Shown here piece after piece: positions 16,391 to 25,806 of a DNA stretch of 64,000 nt. Below the pieces are notes generated by a model that was given only the letters and a program-made list of their open reading frames with translations, was not told where the DNA came from and did not search any database. Origin of the DNA: Flavobacteriales bacterium (GTDB taxonomy: Bacteria; Bacteroidota; Bacteroidia; Flavobacteriales_F; PHOS-HE28); NCBI GenBank assembly GCA_046329115.1, contig JAXLVG010000002.1:3714-67713 (forward strand). Direction: 5' to 3'. How positions within the stretch are numbered: position 1 is the stretch's first letter; each line of letters begins with the position of its first letter. A program made the translations under genes and the position numbers.

Positions 16391-18457
16391 TCAGGCCCGT
16401 TCCACGAAGAACATCTCCATGGCCCCCTTGCCCTTCGCCTGCACCTTGCCGCGGGGGATGAAGGTGAAGCGTTGTCCGTTGTCGGTTGCCGGTTGTCCGT
16501 TGCTGCTGTCCGCCGCGCGCAGGATCGTGTGACCATCAACTGACAACCGACCACCGACAACCAACCGGTACGTCGCTTCACTGATGTTCACCTTGCCCAC
16601 CTCACCGGACGATTCCATGCGGCTCGCCGTGTTCACCGTATCGCCCCAGATATCGTACTGGAACTTCTTCACCCCTACGATGCCCGCGACCACGGGACCT
16701 GTGTGCACGCCGATGCGGATCTCGAAGTAGGGCTTGCCGGCCGCGATCTTCCGCTGCTTGCCCTCCTCGATGAAGTCCCGCATCTCCAAGGCGGCCTTGA
16801 TGGTGTCCACCGCGTGCGTGGCGTTCGCCACCGGCAGGCCACCGGCGGCCATGTAGGCATCGCCGATGGTCTTGATCTTCTCGATCCCGTACTTCTCCGT
16901 GATCCTGTCGAAGGCGCTGAAGCACTCGTTCAGGTCGCGCACCAGCTCGCGCGGCGTCAAGTTCTCGCTGAGCGAGGTGAAGCCCTTGAAGTCGGTGAAG
17001 AGCACGGTGACGTGATCGAGCTGTATGGCCTGCGCCTCGCCCTTCTCCTTCAGTTCATCCGCGACCTCCTCCGGCAGGATGTTCAACAACAGGGCCTCGC
17101 TGCGCGCCTTTTCCCTGCTGATGCGGTTGCGCTGGGTGAAGAAAACCCCGGCCAGAAGGAGCATGAGCCCGAAGCCACCTATGGATGCGTTGCGTTGAAG
17201 CTGCTTCCGACGCAGTGCTTCGGCAGCGATGGCGTCCTTCTTCTCCTGTTCGGCGGCGAGCAGGGCTTCCTTCTTCTCGTATTCATATTGGAAGCGTTGT
17301 TTGAGCAGGTTCCTCCGGTTGCCTTCGTTGACGAAACTGTCACGGGCGGCGATATATGATTCGTGCATGAACAACGCCTCCGCGCTGCGGCCAGCCTGCT
17401 TCAAAGCCCGGTACCGCACCTCACGCGCATCACGCAGGACCTCCAGCCCCCCGAACGCGTTGGCATGCCGCAATGCTCGTTCCGATGAACGTAGTGCCTC
17501 GCTCACCATCCCCTGCTGTAGCCATGAACGCGTGAGTTCCACGGTGGCCGAGGCCGCCAACATCTCGTCCTGATGCTCCAGCGCCAGCTTCAGGCTGCTG
17601 TCCAATAAGGAAACGGCCGCTTCATGTCTGCCTGCCATCATCTCCAACTTGCCCAAGCTGCCCAACGCCGTGGTGATGCTGGTGACATCGTTCATGCGTC
17701 TGGCGATCGCGAGGCTCTTCTCATAGCCATCCCGGGCCTCTTCAAGCCGGCCCTGCCGCTCCTTGGTCATGCCGATGCAGATCCACGCCTCCAGTGCGCA
17801 TTGTTCGTCGCCGATGGCTTCCGCAACGGCAATGCGCCGTTGGAAGTAGTCCAAGGCGATCGCATCCTCACCTTGTTCGTAGAAGGCCACGCCGATATTC
17901 CCAAGTGCCCTGGCAATGACGCTGCTATCGGACATGGCCTCACCGAGCTTCAATGCTCTTGTCAAGTAGTCGATGGAAAGCGCATCGTCCCCTTTGTAGC
18001 TGGCTACGTTCCCCAAGTTGTTCAGGATACCCGCCATCCGCCCGGTGTCCCCGAGCTGTTGCCAAATGGCGTAGCTGCGCCCGTAACAGGCTTCAGCGCT
18101 GTCCCAATGGCCCAGTTCGCGATGGCTGATGCCTTTGAGGTTCCAGGCGCTGGCTTCCTCCCTACGAAGTCCGATGTTCCGGAGCTGTGGGATGAGCTGC
18201 TCCACAGCTTGTGCCAGGCTGTCCGGTGCAGCGCCATACCGCCGTTCGAACAAGTAACTGAGCAGCGCTTTGGTCCGCACGCTATCCGGACGCGTCACAT
18301 CCTGATGCACGGCCAAGAGGCTATCAAGGTCCACCGGGTGCTGTGCCTTGCCACTGGACCCCACCACGGAGGACAGGACAAGCGCAGCTGCAAGCGAGCC
18401 GATGCGGGTACGGAGAACGGTCACGAACATGAGGTGCTCTTCCAGATCATCACGCAA
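16391..18457 (-). CDS. Membrane-anchored class III adenylate cyclase with a periplasmic TPR sensor (paralog of 645-2750)
   Basis: Same architecture as 645-2750. The cyclase domain DNA 16391 to about 17045 is more than 90% identical to 645 to about 1300. The start overlaps the HK-B stop by 8 nt (or lies 20 nt after it if MFVTVL is the start). Confidence 0.85.
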   Translation of the reverse strand: [688 protein letters not shown]

Positions 18458-20471
18458 CGAGCTCCACCTCCAGCCGCACCAATGTACCGCCCTCCGGTTC
18501 GCTGGCGATCACCAGCCTTCCGCCCAGGCGCTCGGCGCGCTCCTTCAAGTTGCGCAACCCGCGGCCCTTGCGCAGGGCGCTGGTGGTGTTGAAACCCTTG
18601 CCATCGTCCTTCACCTCCAGCCGGACGCTGCGCTCCCGTGCCACGAAGGTGACGTGGATGCAATGCGCCTCGGCGTACTTCACCGCGTTGTTCACCGCTT
18701 CGCGCAGGATCAGGTAGAGGTCGCGCTTGGTGGCGGGGTCCACCGGCCGGTCGCGGCCTTCCACAAGGCAATCGATGGTGTACGTGGCACCGCTGGTGCA
18801 CAGCATGTGTTCGCAGAACTGGCGCGACCGGTCCATGAGGCCGGTGAGCGTGTCGTGCGCGGGCTCCACGGCCCACACGATATCGCTGAGCGAGCGGCCC
18901 GCCTCCGAGGCGATGCGGTCGATGTCCGCGACCAGTTGCGGAACGGCGTCGGGGTCGTCCTGCAGGCTTGCGCTCACCTCGCTGCCCAGCATGCTCAGCT
19001 TGGTGAGGTCGCTGCCCAGCTGGTCGTGCACATCGCGCGCGATGCGCGTGCGCACCTGCTCGGCCGCGCGCTGCTGCTCGCTCCGCACCAGCCGGTCCTG
19101 CGCCGCCAGGATGGCGGCATTGGCCTTGCGCACCACGCGCGAACGGCTCCACAGCGCCAGCGCCACGGCGATGGAGAGGACGCAGGCCACGATGATGACG
19201 TTGCGCCGTGTGCGTTCGTCGGCCAGCTGGTGCGCATGCTCCATCGCCGTGGTGCGCGCCGCCGCCGCATGCTCCAGGCTGTCGCGCAATTCCTGCTCGC
19301 GGAAGCGCGCCCACAGCACGGCCTCGCGCCCGTTCATGCGCTCCACACTGTCCTTCAGCGCGGACCAGCGCTCGTGCGCATCCAGTGCCTCCGCCGCGCG
19401 CCCCTGCGCCTTCAGCGCGGTACGCAGGCCGGCCAGCGCATAGAGCATCGAACCTTCATCGCCCAGTTCGCGCGCCACGCCCACATTGCCGAGACCGTCG
19501 GCCAGTGCGAGCCCTCGCCGGTACCAGTGCTCCGCTTCCCGGTGGTCGCCCGATAGCGCGAGGCCATCGCCGATCAGGTTGATGCAACCGCAATGCGCGG
19601 TGAGGTCGCCCATGCGCTCGGCGAGCGCGGCGCATGACCGTGCCGTGCGCAGCCCGTCCGCACCCCTCCCTTGTTCGTAGTACAGCCGGGCGAGCGGCGC
19701 GAGCGCGGGCAGGCTGTCCCACGCATTGCCGGACCGGCCGGCCACCTTCAGGCCGCGCAGCAGCAATGCCTCGGCATCGGCGCTGCGGCCCTGCGTGCGC
19801 CGGATGCGCGCGCGCGCGCTGAGCACCAGCACTGAATCACCGGGGGTGCCGCCGCCCGCGCTGTCCAGTTGCGCCCATGCCGCTTCGTGCGCACGGCCAT
19901 CGGTGAGCAGGCCGGCCAGGTGGATGTGCGCCTGGGCCTCCAGCGACCGGTCGCCCAGCTGCCGCGCGATGGCCAGCGACCGGCGGAAGGAGCGCTCCGC
20001 CTTGTCATGCGCATCGGCCAGGCCGTACACCAGGCCGATGGCATCCAGCCCTTCGGCCGCACCGCGCACATCGCCCACGGCCTCGAACGCGGCGATGGCC
20101 TCTTGGAAGGAGACCAGCGCGGCCGTGAGGTCGCGGGCGAACTTGTGGTGGTAGCCCGTGAGGTAGTGGTACGCGCCCCGGGCGCGCTGGGCGCGTGCAC
20201 GGACGTGCGCATCGCTGTGCCGCAGCAGCTCGCTGCTCAACGCATCCAGCCGCCGCAGGTAAGGGGCCGCCTTGGGCGAGGTGAACCAGGACTCGGCGGC
20301 CCAGGTGAGCAGGGTGAGCTGCGCGGTGTCCTTCCGCGTTGCATCGAGCAGCGGCAGGATGGAGTCCAGCCGCTCCGGCTCAGCCTGGGCCCGCGCGATC
20401 GCAGCGCACAGCACGGCGAGCAACAGAAAGGAAGCGCGGCGGAACACGCGGCAAAGGTGCCGGCCAAGCAA
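18450..20471 (-). CDS. Sensor histidine kinase with periplasmic TPR repeats, HisKA_3 and HATPase_c (HK-B)
   Basis: RIARDVHDQLGSDLTKL is identical to HK-A, then ILREAVNNAVKYA...VKDDGKGF...GRGLRNLKERAERLGG. It probably uses a TTG/alternative start at 20471. No cognate RR is adjacent. It is co-oriented and overlapping with the cyclase 16391-18457. Confidence 0.8.
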   Translation of the reverse strand: MLGRHLCRVFRRASFLLLAVLCAAIARAQAEPERLDSILPLLDATRKDTAQLTLLTWAAESWFTSPKAAPYLRRLDALSSELLRHSDAHVRARAQRARGAYHYLTGYHHKFARDLTAALVSFQEAIAAFEAVGDVRGAAEGLDAIGLVYGLADAHDKAERSFRRSLAIARQLGDRSLEAQAHIHLAGLLTDGRAHEAAWAQLDSAGGGTPGDSVLVLSARARIRRTQGRSADAEALLLRGLKVAGRSGNAWDSLPALAPLARLYYEQGRGADGLRTARSCAALAERMGDLTAHCGCINLIGDGLALSGDHREAEHWYRRGLALADGLGNVGVARELGDEGSMLYALAGLRTALKAQGRAAEALDAHERWSALKDSVERMNGREAVLWARFREQELRDSLEHAAAARTTAMEHAHQLADERTRRNVIIVACVLSIAVALALWSRSRVVRKANAAILAAQDRLVRSEQQRAAEQVRTRIARDVHDQLGSDLTKLSMLGSEVSASLQDDPDAVPQLVADIDRIASEAGRSLSDIVWAVEPAHDTLTGLMDRSRQFCEHMLCTSGATYTIDCLVEGRDRPVDPATKRDLYLILREAVNNAVKYAEAHCIHVTFVARERSVRLEVKDDGKGFNTTSALRKGRGLRNLKERAERLGGRLVIASEPEGGTLVRLEVELVA

Positions 20472-20476
20472 CGAGC

Positions 20477-20518
20477 GGCCAATAACCCGACGGGGTTAAT
20501 ACGCACGGGTTATTGGCC
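20477..20518. promoter_or_regulatory. 13 bp inverted-repeat operator GGCCAATAACCCG-N16-CGGGTTATTGGCC in a 75 bp divergent promoter region
   Basis: The arms are perfectly inverted. The site lies between HK-B (minus) and 20547-23417 (plus). Confidence 0.45.
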
Positions 20519-20546
20519 GCGGGCCCGCGATCGCGAACGTTTGTGC

Positions 20547-23417
20547 ATGCCGTTCGCCATGCGCTCCTCCACCACCGGCCTCGCCGCGCTCCTCCTCCTG
20601 CTCACCCACAGCCATGCCTGTGCACAGCACTTCGCAGTGGACACCACGTGGTGGTACACCGATGGTGAGGTGAAGGCCATCACGGAGGACACGGCGAACG
20701 CGCGCGTGGTGGTGGGCGGACACTTCACGCGCATGCTGCCGCCCCATCCCTCGGCGCACGGCGCCGTGGTGGGCACGCTGAACGATGTGCTGCGCACCGG
20801 TGATGCACGGCCGAACGACCGTGTGCGGTGCGCCGTGCCGGACGGCGGCGGCGGCTGGTACATCGGCGGCGCCTTCACCGCCGTGGACGGTGCCTTCCGC
20901 TACCGGCTTGCGCACCTGCTGGCGGACGGCAGCCTGGGCACGTGGGCACCGGTGGTGAACGGCGAGGTGAACGCCCTGGCGATGAAAGGCGACACCATGT
21001 ACGTGGGCGGCTCCTTCTCGCAGGTGAACGGGCAGACCCGCGTGAACCTCGCCGCCGTGCGGCTGAGCACCGGTGCGAACGTAGCCTGGGGCGGCACCGC
21101 GGATGCGCAGGTGCGCGTGCTCGCCGTCGATGGCGACGACCTCTTCGTGGGCGGCGACTTCACCCATGCCTCCAGCCAGCCGCGCGGGCGTCTGGCCGTG
21201 TACAACACCACCACGCATGCCCTCTCCACCGTGTGGGACCCGGACCTCAACGGGCCCGTGCATGCCCTGGCCTTCGCCACGTATGGCGTGGTGGTGGGCG
21301 GCGACTTCACCCAGGTGGGCACCACCGCGCGCAACCACCTGGCGAGCCTCGAGCGCGCGGACGGAGCGGTGAAGACCTTCAACCCGGGGCCGAACAACAC
21401 GGTGCGTTGCATCCAGGTCACCGGTTCCAACATCTACATCGGGGGCGACTTCACGCAGGTGGGAGCCAACCCGCGCACCTACCTCGCGCTGGTGCACAGC
21501 GGTGGAGGCACCAGCAGCGACTGGATCAATAACATGAACGCACCGGTCTATTCCCTGCACCTGGTAACGGCCGGCGCCCTCTACGTCGGCGGCCAGTTCT
21601 CGCGCGCGGGAGGGGCCTATCGCCACCGCGCGGCCGCCTTCCGCCTGCTGGGCAACGGTACCGCGCCCTGGCTGCTGCCCTGGGCGCCCGCCGGCAACGG
21701 CACGGTGCGCTGCATCGAGCAACAGGGCAACGACCTGTATATCGGCGGCGGCTTCGACACCCTCGGCGTCACCCGGCCGCACATCGCGCTGCTGGACGCG
21801 GCCATCGGCGCTCCCCAGGCCTGGAACGAGGGCACCAGCACCTGGGTGAACACCGTGGCAATCGGGACCACCCGCACCTACGTCGGCGGCGCCTTCGATT
21901 CGCTGTGCACCAGCGGGGCCCTGCGCCAGAAGATCTTCGCCTTCAACAGCGCCACCGGTGCGCTCTCCACCTGGAGCACGGAGCTGGACGACCAGGTGAC
22001 CAGCCTGGCGGTGCATGGCGGCAAGCTTTACGCCTGCGGGCTGTTCACACAGGCGGCCGGGCAGCCGCGGCTGCACTTCGCCGTGTTCGACAACCCGTCC
22101 GCCAACCTGACCTCCCTTAACCCCGATGCCAATGGCGCCCTCTCCCTGCTGCTCCACGGCGATACCTTGTTCCTGGGTGGCTCCCTCGACTTCACGGGCG
22201 ACCCGCCCCGGCCGCTGCTCAACGCGCTCATCCTGCCCGCCGGTACACCCCATCCGTTCGACCCCCAGGTGAACAACACGCACCTGTCGAACCACGTTTT
22301 GCACATGGCCGCGCGCGATGGGCGCATCTACTTCACCGGCCAGTTCGGCTGGGTGGGCGGCATTGACCGGGACAATGCCGCCGCCGTGCGCACAATGGAC
22401 GGGCAGCTGCTGCCCTGGTGGCCCGATGCCCCGGCGCAGAGGGCGCCCATCGCCTTCACCGGCCGCACCATCAGCATGGTGGTGAGCGGCCAGGCCGGCA
22501 CGCAGTGGGAGCTGCGCGCCTTCGATCCGGACGATGGTGCGCGCGTCTCCGACCACCTTGTGCTGGATGGCCGGGCGGACGAACTGCGCACCCTTGCGAA
22601 CGGGCACCTGCTCGTGGGCGGCTCCTTCACCCAGATCGGTGGGCGCCCCGTGCGGCACTTCGCGCGCGTGCACGTTACACCCACCCTGCGCGTGCGGGCC
22701 TTCCTGCAAGGTCCGTTCGATATGGGCACGTTGCTGATGGACAACAACCTCTCCCAGATACAGGCGATCCCCCTGCAGGAGCCCTACACCGCCCTGGGCT
22801 ACGTGCACACGGGCGGTGGCGGCGGCGAGGTGGCCACCACCGCCATCTACGGAGGCATCACCGCCAGCGGCATCGTGGATTGGGTGGTGGTGGAGCTGCG
22901 CGACCCCGTGGATCCCTCCATCGTCGTGGCCTCCCGTTCGGCCCTGCTCCGCCGCGATGGGCTGGTGGTGGACCACACCCAGGGCCCGCTCCTGCCCTTC
23001 GGGCCCGATCCGGACGGCACCTACTACATCGCCATCCGCCACCGCAACCACCTGGGTGCCATGACCGCCGCACCAATGGACATCGGAGGCAACGCACTGG
23101 CGGACTTCGCAGCCAGTGGTGCCGACACCTATGGCACCGACGCCGTACTGAGCGACCCATACTTCAGCCTGCTCCGGGCCGGCGATACCAACTTCGATGG
23201 CGAACTGAAGTACGTGGGCGCCGACAACGACCGCGACCCCATCCTGCTGCGCGTGGGCGGCACCACACCCAATGGCACGGTGATCGGCTACTTCAACGAG
23301 GATGTCACCCTCAACGGCATCTCGCAGTACGTGGGCTCCTTCAACGATCGCGACCTGATCCTGCAGAACGTGGGCGGCCTGGTGCCCACCGCCACGCGCA
23401 CGCAGCAGTTGCCATGA
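20547..23417 (+). CDS. Secreted delta-60/beta-propeller repeat protein with the novel RHRNHL/twin dockerin-like C-terminal module (ends ...TQQLP)
   Basis: Signal peptide MPFAMRSSTTGLAALLLLLTHSHACAQ. GGDFT.VG...R..LA repeats follow. The C-terminal roughly 245 aa (about 22679-23417) is the conserved module. Confidence 0.8.
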   Translation: MPFAMRSSTTGLAALLLLLTHSHACAQHFAVDTTWWYTDGEVKAITEDTANARVVVGGHFTRMLPPHPSAHGAVVGTLNDVLRTGDARPNDRVRCAVPDGGGGWYIGGAFTAVDGAFRYRLAHLLADGSLGTWAPVVNGEVNALAMKGDTMYVGGSFSQVNGQTRVNLAAVRLSTGANVAWGGTADAQVRVLAVDGDDLFVGGDFTHASSQPRGRLAVYNTTTHALSTVWDPDLNGPVHALAFATYGVVVGGDFTQVGTTARNHLASLERADGAVKTFNPGPNNTVRCIQVTGSNIYIGGDFTQVGANPRTYLALVHSGGGTSSDWINNMNAPVYSLHLVTAGALYVGGQFSRAGGAYRHRAAAFRLLGNGTAPWLLPWAPAGNGTVRCIEQQGNDLYIGGGFDTLGVTRPHIALLDAAIGAPQAWNEGTSTWVNTVAIGTTRTYVGGAFDSLCTSGALRQKIFAFNSATGALSTWSTELDDQVTSLAVHGGKLYACGLFTQAAGQPRLHFAVFDNPSANLTSLNPDANGALSLLLHGDTLFLGGSLDFTGDPPRPLLNALILPAGTPHPFDPQVNNTHLSNHVLHMAARDGRIYFTGQFGWVGGIDRDNAAAVRTMDGQLLPWWPDAPAQRAPIAFTGRTISMVVSGQAGTQWELRAFDPDDGARVSDHLVLDGRADELRTLANGHLLVGGSFTQIGGRPVRHFARVHVTPTLRVRAFLQGPFDMGTLLMDNNLSQIQAIPLQEPYTALGYVHTGGGGGEVATTAIYGGITASGIVDWVVVELRDPVDPSIVVASRSALLRRDGLVVDHTQGPLLPFGPDPDGTYYIAIRHRNHLGAMTAAPMDIGGNALADFAASGADTYGTDAVLSDPYFSLLRAGDTNFDGELKYVGADNDRDPILLRVGGTTPNGTVIGYFNEDVTLNGISQYVGSFNDRDLILQNVGGLVPTATRTQQLP

Positions 23418-23455
23418 GGACGCGTGACATGCCGATCACGCGGTACCGGAACGGT

Positions 23456-23490
23456 GCGTTGACAATGACGAGCGTGCGGACCGGGAAGGC
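23456..23490. promoter_or_regulatory. Recurrent downstream motif (copy 2) GCGTTGACAATGACGAGCGTGCGGACCGGGAAGGC
   Basis: 33 of 36 nt match 574-608. Confidence 0.3.
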
Positions 23491-23507
23491 GTAGCGGAAC
23501 CCTCCGC

Positions 23508-23700
23508 TCACTCCAGGACGGTGTCGCCCCGGATGTGATACCTGCACTTCTTCATCCCCAACATACCCGCCATCACCGAACCATTGTGCTCCCTACATTC
23601 GTGGGGCAGCGGCCGCGCTGCGCACTCACCTGCTTCAAACCCGGTCACCATTCCCATGCCCATGCGCGAACCGCTACGCTCGTTCCTCTGCGCCCTGCTG
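23508..23700 (-). pseudogene. Decayed remnant of a class III adenylate cyclase catalytic domain
   Basis: The minus-frame peptide ...ARPLPHECREHNGSVMAGMLGMKKCRYHIRGDTVLE* aligns with the cyclase segment [36 protein letters not shown]. It sits at the position expected for a third cassette cyclase, convergent with 20547-23417. Confidence 0.4.
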
Positions 23701-25320
23701 TGTTCCATCGCACCCTTGCTGAACGCACAGATCGAACAAGTGGCCTCCTTCACTGCGGGCTCCTTCGGGTACGTGCCGCGCGACCTTGTGGTGATGGGCA
23801 GCCACATCTACTTCCGCAACTGGACGGCCGAGAGCGGCATGGAGCTGTGGCGCACCGATGGCACCACCGCCGGCACCGTGCTGGTGAAGGACATCCGGCC
23901 CGGCGCGGGCAACGGGATGGAGGCCAACGAGGGCATGGCCGTGGTGGGCAACACGCTGTACTTCCCCGCCGATGACGGCACCACGGGCTGGGAACTGTGG
24001 AAGTCCGATGGCACGGAGGCCGGCACCATGCTGGTGATGGACATCCGACCCGGGCCTTTGGGTTCCAGCCCGGCCTACCTCACCGCCTTCGGTGACCGGC
24101 TGCTCTTCCGCGCCAACAATGCGACCAGTGAGGCGCTCTACAGCACCGACGGCACCCCCGGCGGCACGTACGCCCCGGTGGACTTCGTCACCCAGCAGAC
24201 CATCACCGTCTCGGGCCCCATCCGCCCCATGGGCGCCGTGGCCGTGTTCCCTGGTACCGCCCTCAGCGAGGCCGGCGGGGAGATCTGGACCACCGACGGC
24301 ACCCCCAGTGGCTGCTTCCTGCTCAGCGACATCTGCCCCGGCATCGGCTGGAGCAACGCCGCCGGCCGCAGCTGGATGGCCGACGACTTCCTCTACTTCC
24401 TGGCCGATGACTGCACCCATGGCATCGAACTGTGGCGCACCAACGGCACCGCACCCACCACCACCCTGGTGGCCGATGTGTACACCGGCACCAACTCCGC
24501 AAGCCCCTACCACCTCGTTCCCCTGGATGGCCAGGTGCTCTTCGCCGCACTGGATGACACCGGCAACGGCATCTACCGCAGCGACGGCACCGCGATTGGC
24601 ACCTACAAGCTCGCCACCATGGGCGTGCCACAGCTCTGGAACGGCGACCGCCAACCCGCGCGGCGCGTGGGCGACATCGCGCTCTTCGTGGGCTTGGATC
24701 CGGACCATGGCTATGAGCTTTGGCGAAGCGATGGCACCGAGGCCGGCACCTACATGGTGAAGGACCTCTGGCCCGGCACCAACGGTTCCATCGCCGGCGC
24801 GGGCTTCAACTTCTGGGTCTTCGGCGGGCAGCTCTACTTCGCGCCCGAAGTGCCCGTGTACAGCACCGAACTGTGGCGCAGCGACGGCACCGAGGCCGGC
24901 ACCGTGATGGTGCAGGACCGCGCGCCCGGCATCAACTACTTCGCGCCGGACCACCTGGTGCAGTTCGGCGACCACATCTACATGACCGGTTCGCTCACAG
25001 CCTCCGACCGCGGCATCTACCGCCTGGAGCTGGCCGGCACCGGCATGGCCGAGAGCGCCACCACCGCCACGCTTCGCGTGTACCCCAACCCCACCAACGG
25101 CAACGGCTGCACGCTGCAACTGCCCAACGGCATCGCCACACAGGGCCCGCTGCGTGTGGAACTGCTGGACGCCACCGGCCGCGTGGTGGTACAACGCACC
25201 CTGCAAGGCGCGCCCACCCTGCAGCTGGAACTGGAGCGGGCCTTGAACCCCGGCGTGTATGCCGTGCGCGTGCACCATGCGCAGGGCGGCCTGCTCACCG
25301 CACAACTGGTGGTGCAGTAA
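23656..25320 (+). CDS. ELWxxDGT-repeat protein with a T9SS type-A C-terminal sorting domain
   Basis: Signal peptide, then repeated ELWRTDGTTAGTVLVKDIRPG / ELWKSDGTEAGT / IELWRTNGTA / YELWRSDGTEAGT units. The C-terminus reads LRVYPNPTNGNGCTLQL...GVYAVRV...LVVQ. Confidence 0.8.
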   Translation: MPMREPLRSFLCALLCSIAPLLNAQIEQVASFTAGSFGYVPRDLVVMGSHIYFRNWTAESGMELWRTDGTTAGTVLVKDIRPGAGNGMEANEGMAVVGNTLYFPADDGTTGWELWKSDGTEAGTMLVMDIRPGPLGSSPAYLTAFGDRLLFRANNATSEALYSTDGTPGGTYAPVDFVTQQTITVSGPIRPMGAVAVFPGTALSEAGGEIWTTDGTPSGCFLLSDICPGIGWSNAAGRSWMADDFLYFLADDCTHGIELWRTNGTAPTTTLVADVYTGTNSASPYHLVPLDGQVLFAALDDTGNGIYRSDGTAIGTYKLATMGVPQLWNGDRQPARRVGDIALFVGLDPDHGYELWRSDGTEAGTYMVKDLWPGTNGSIAGAGFNFWVFGGQLYFAPEVPVYSTELWRSDGTEAGTVMVQDRAPGINYFAPDHLVQFGDHIYMTGSLTASDRGIYRLELAGTGMAESATTATLRVYPNPTNGNGCTLQLPNGIATQGPLRVELLDATGRVVVQRTLQGAPTLQLELERALNPGVYAVRVHHAQGGLLTAQLVVQ

Positions 25321-25374
25321 GCAACGCTGCGCGCTTCGGCAGCGGAGAACGCCGACCGGCACTGCAGGTGTGCT

Positions 25375-25398
25375 GATGCGCGTGCGGATCGGGAAGGC
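25375..25398. promoter_or_regulatory. Recurrent downstream motif (copy 3, shortened) GATGCGCGTGCGGATCGGGAAGGC
   Basis: It shares GTGCGGATCGGGAAGGC with copies 1 and 2. It lies about 55 nt after the stop of 23656-25320. Confidence 0.25.
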
Positions 25399-25439
25399 TT
25401 GACGCACGCTGCACGCCGCCGCACCCGTACCTTACCCGC

Positions 25440-25751
25440 ATGCCCGCCTACACCACCCTTTCTGAAGCCGTGGACGATCTGCAACGCCGCGGCTACACGG
25501 ACGACCTGTCCCTGGGCGGCCACTGCCTGGTGTGCGATGCCCGCGGCATCAGCCTGGACCCCGCCGCCTTCGAGATCGATGAGTTCCACCGCTTCGAGGG
25601 CATGTCCGATCCCGAGGACCAGAGCATCGTGTACGCCATCAGCTCCGTGGATGGGCGCATCAAGGGCATCCTGGTGAACGCCTACGGACCCGATGCCGCG
25701 CCCCTTACGCAGGAGATGGTGCGCAAGCTGGCCACGCACGCCAACGGGTGA
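25440..25751 (+). CDS. Small conserved cytoplasmic protein of unknown function (about 100 aa)
   Basis: Clean ATG ORF with no signal peptide: MPAYTTLSEAVDDLQRRGYTDDLSLGGHCLVCDARGISLDPAAFEIDEFHRFEGMSDPEDQSIVYAI... Confidence 0.5.
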   Translation: MPAYTTLSEAVDDLQRRGYTDDLSLGGHCLVCDARGISLDPAAFEIDEFHRFEGMSDPEDQSIVYAISSVDGRIKGILVNAYGPDAAPLTQEMVRKLATHANG

Positions 25752-25806
25752 GCGGGTTTGCCCGCCGAAGGCATGGCTACCTTGCACAGGTGATGATCAC
25801 ACTTCC

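Noticed and set aside
23414-23494. A short conserved peptide ...LTMTSV(R/P)(T/I)GKA* encoded by the recurrent downstream motif.
   Set aside because: The reading frame relative to the upstream stop differs between copies (in-frame readthrough at site 1, overlapping ATG at site 2, 8 aa at site 3). The conservation is at the DNA level.
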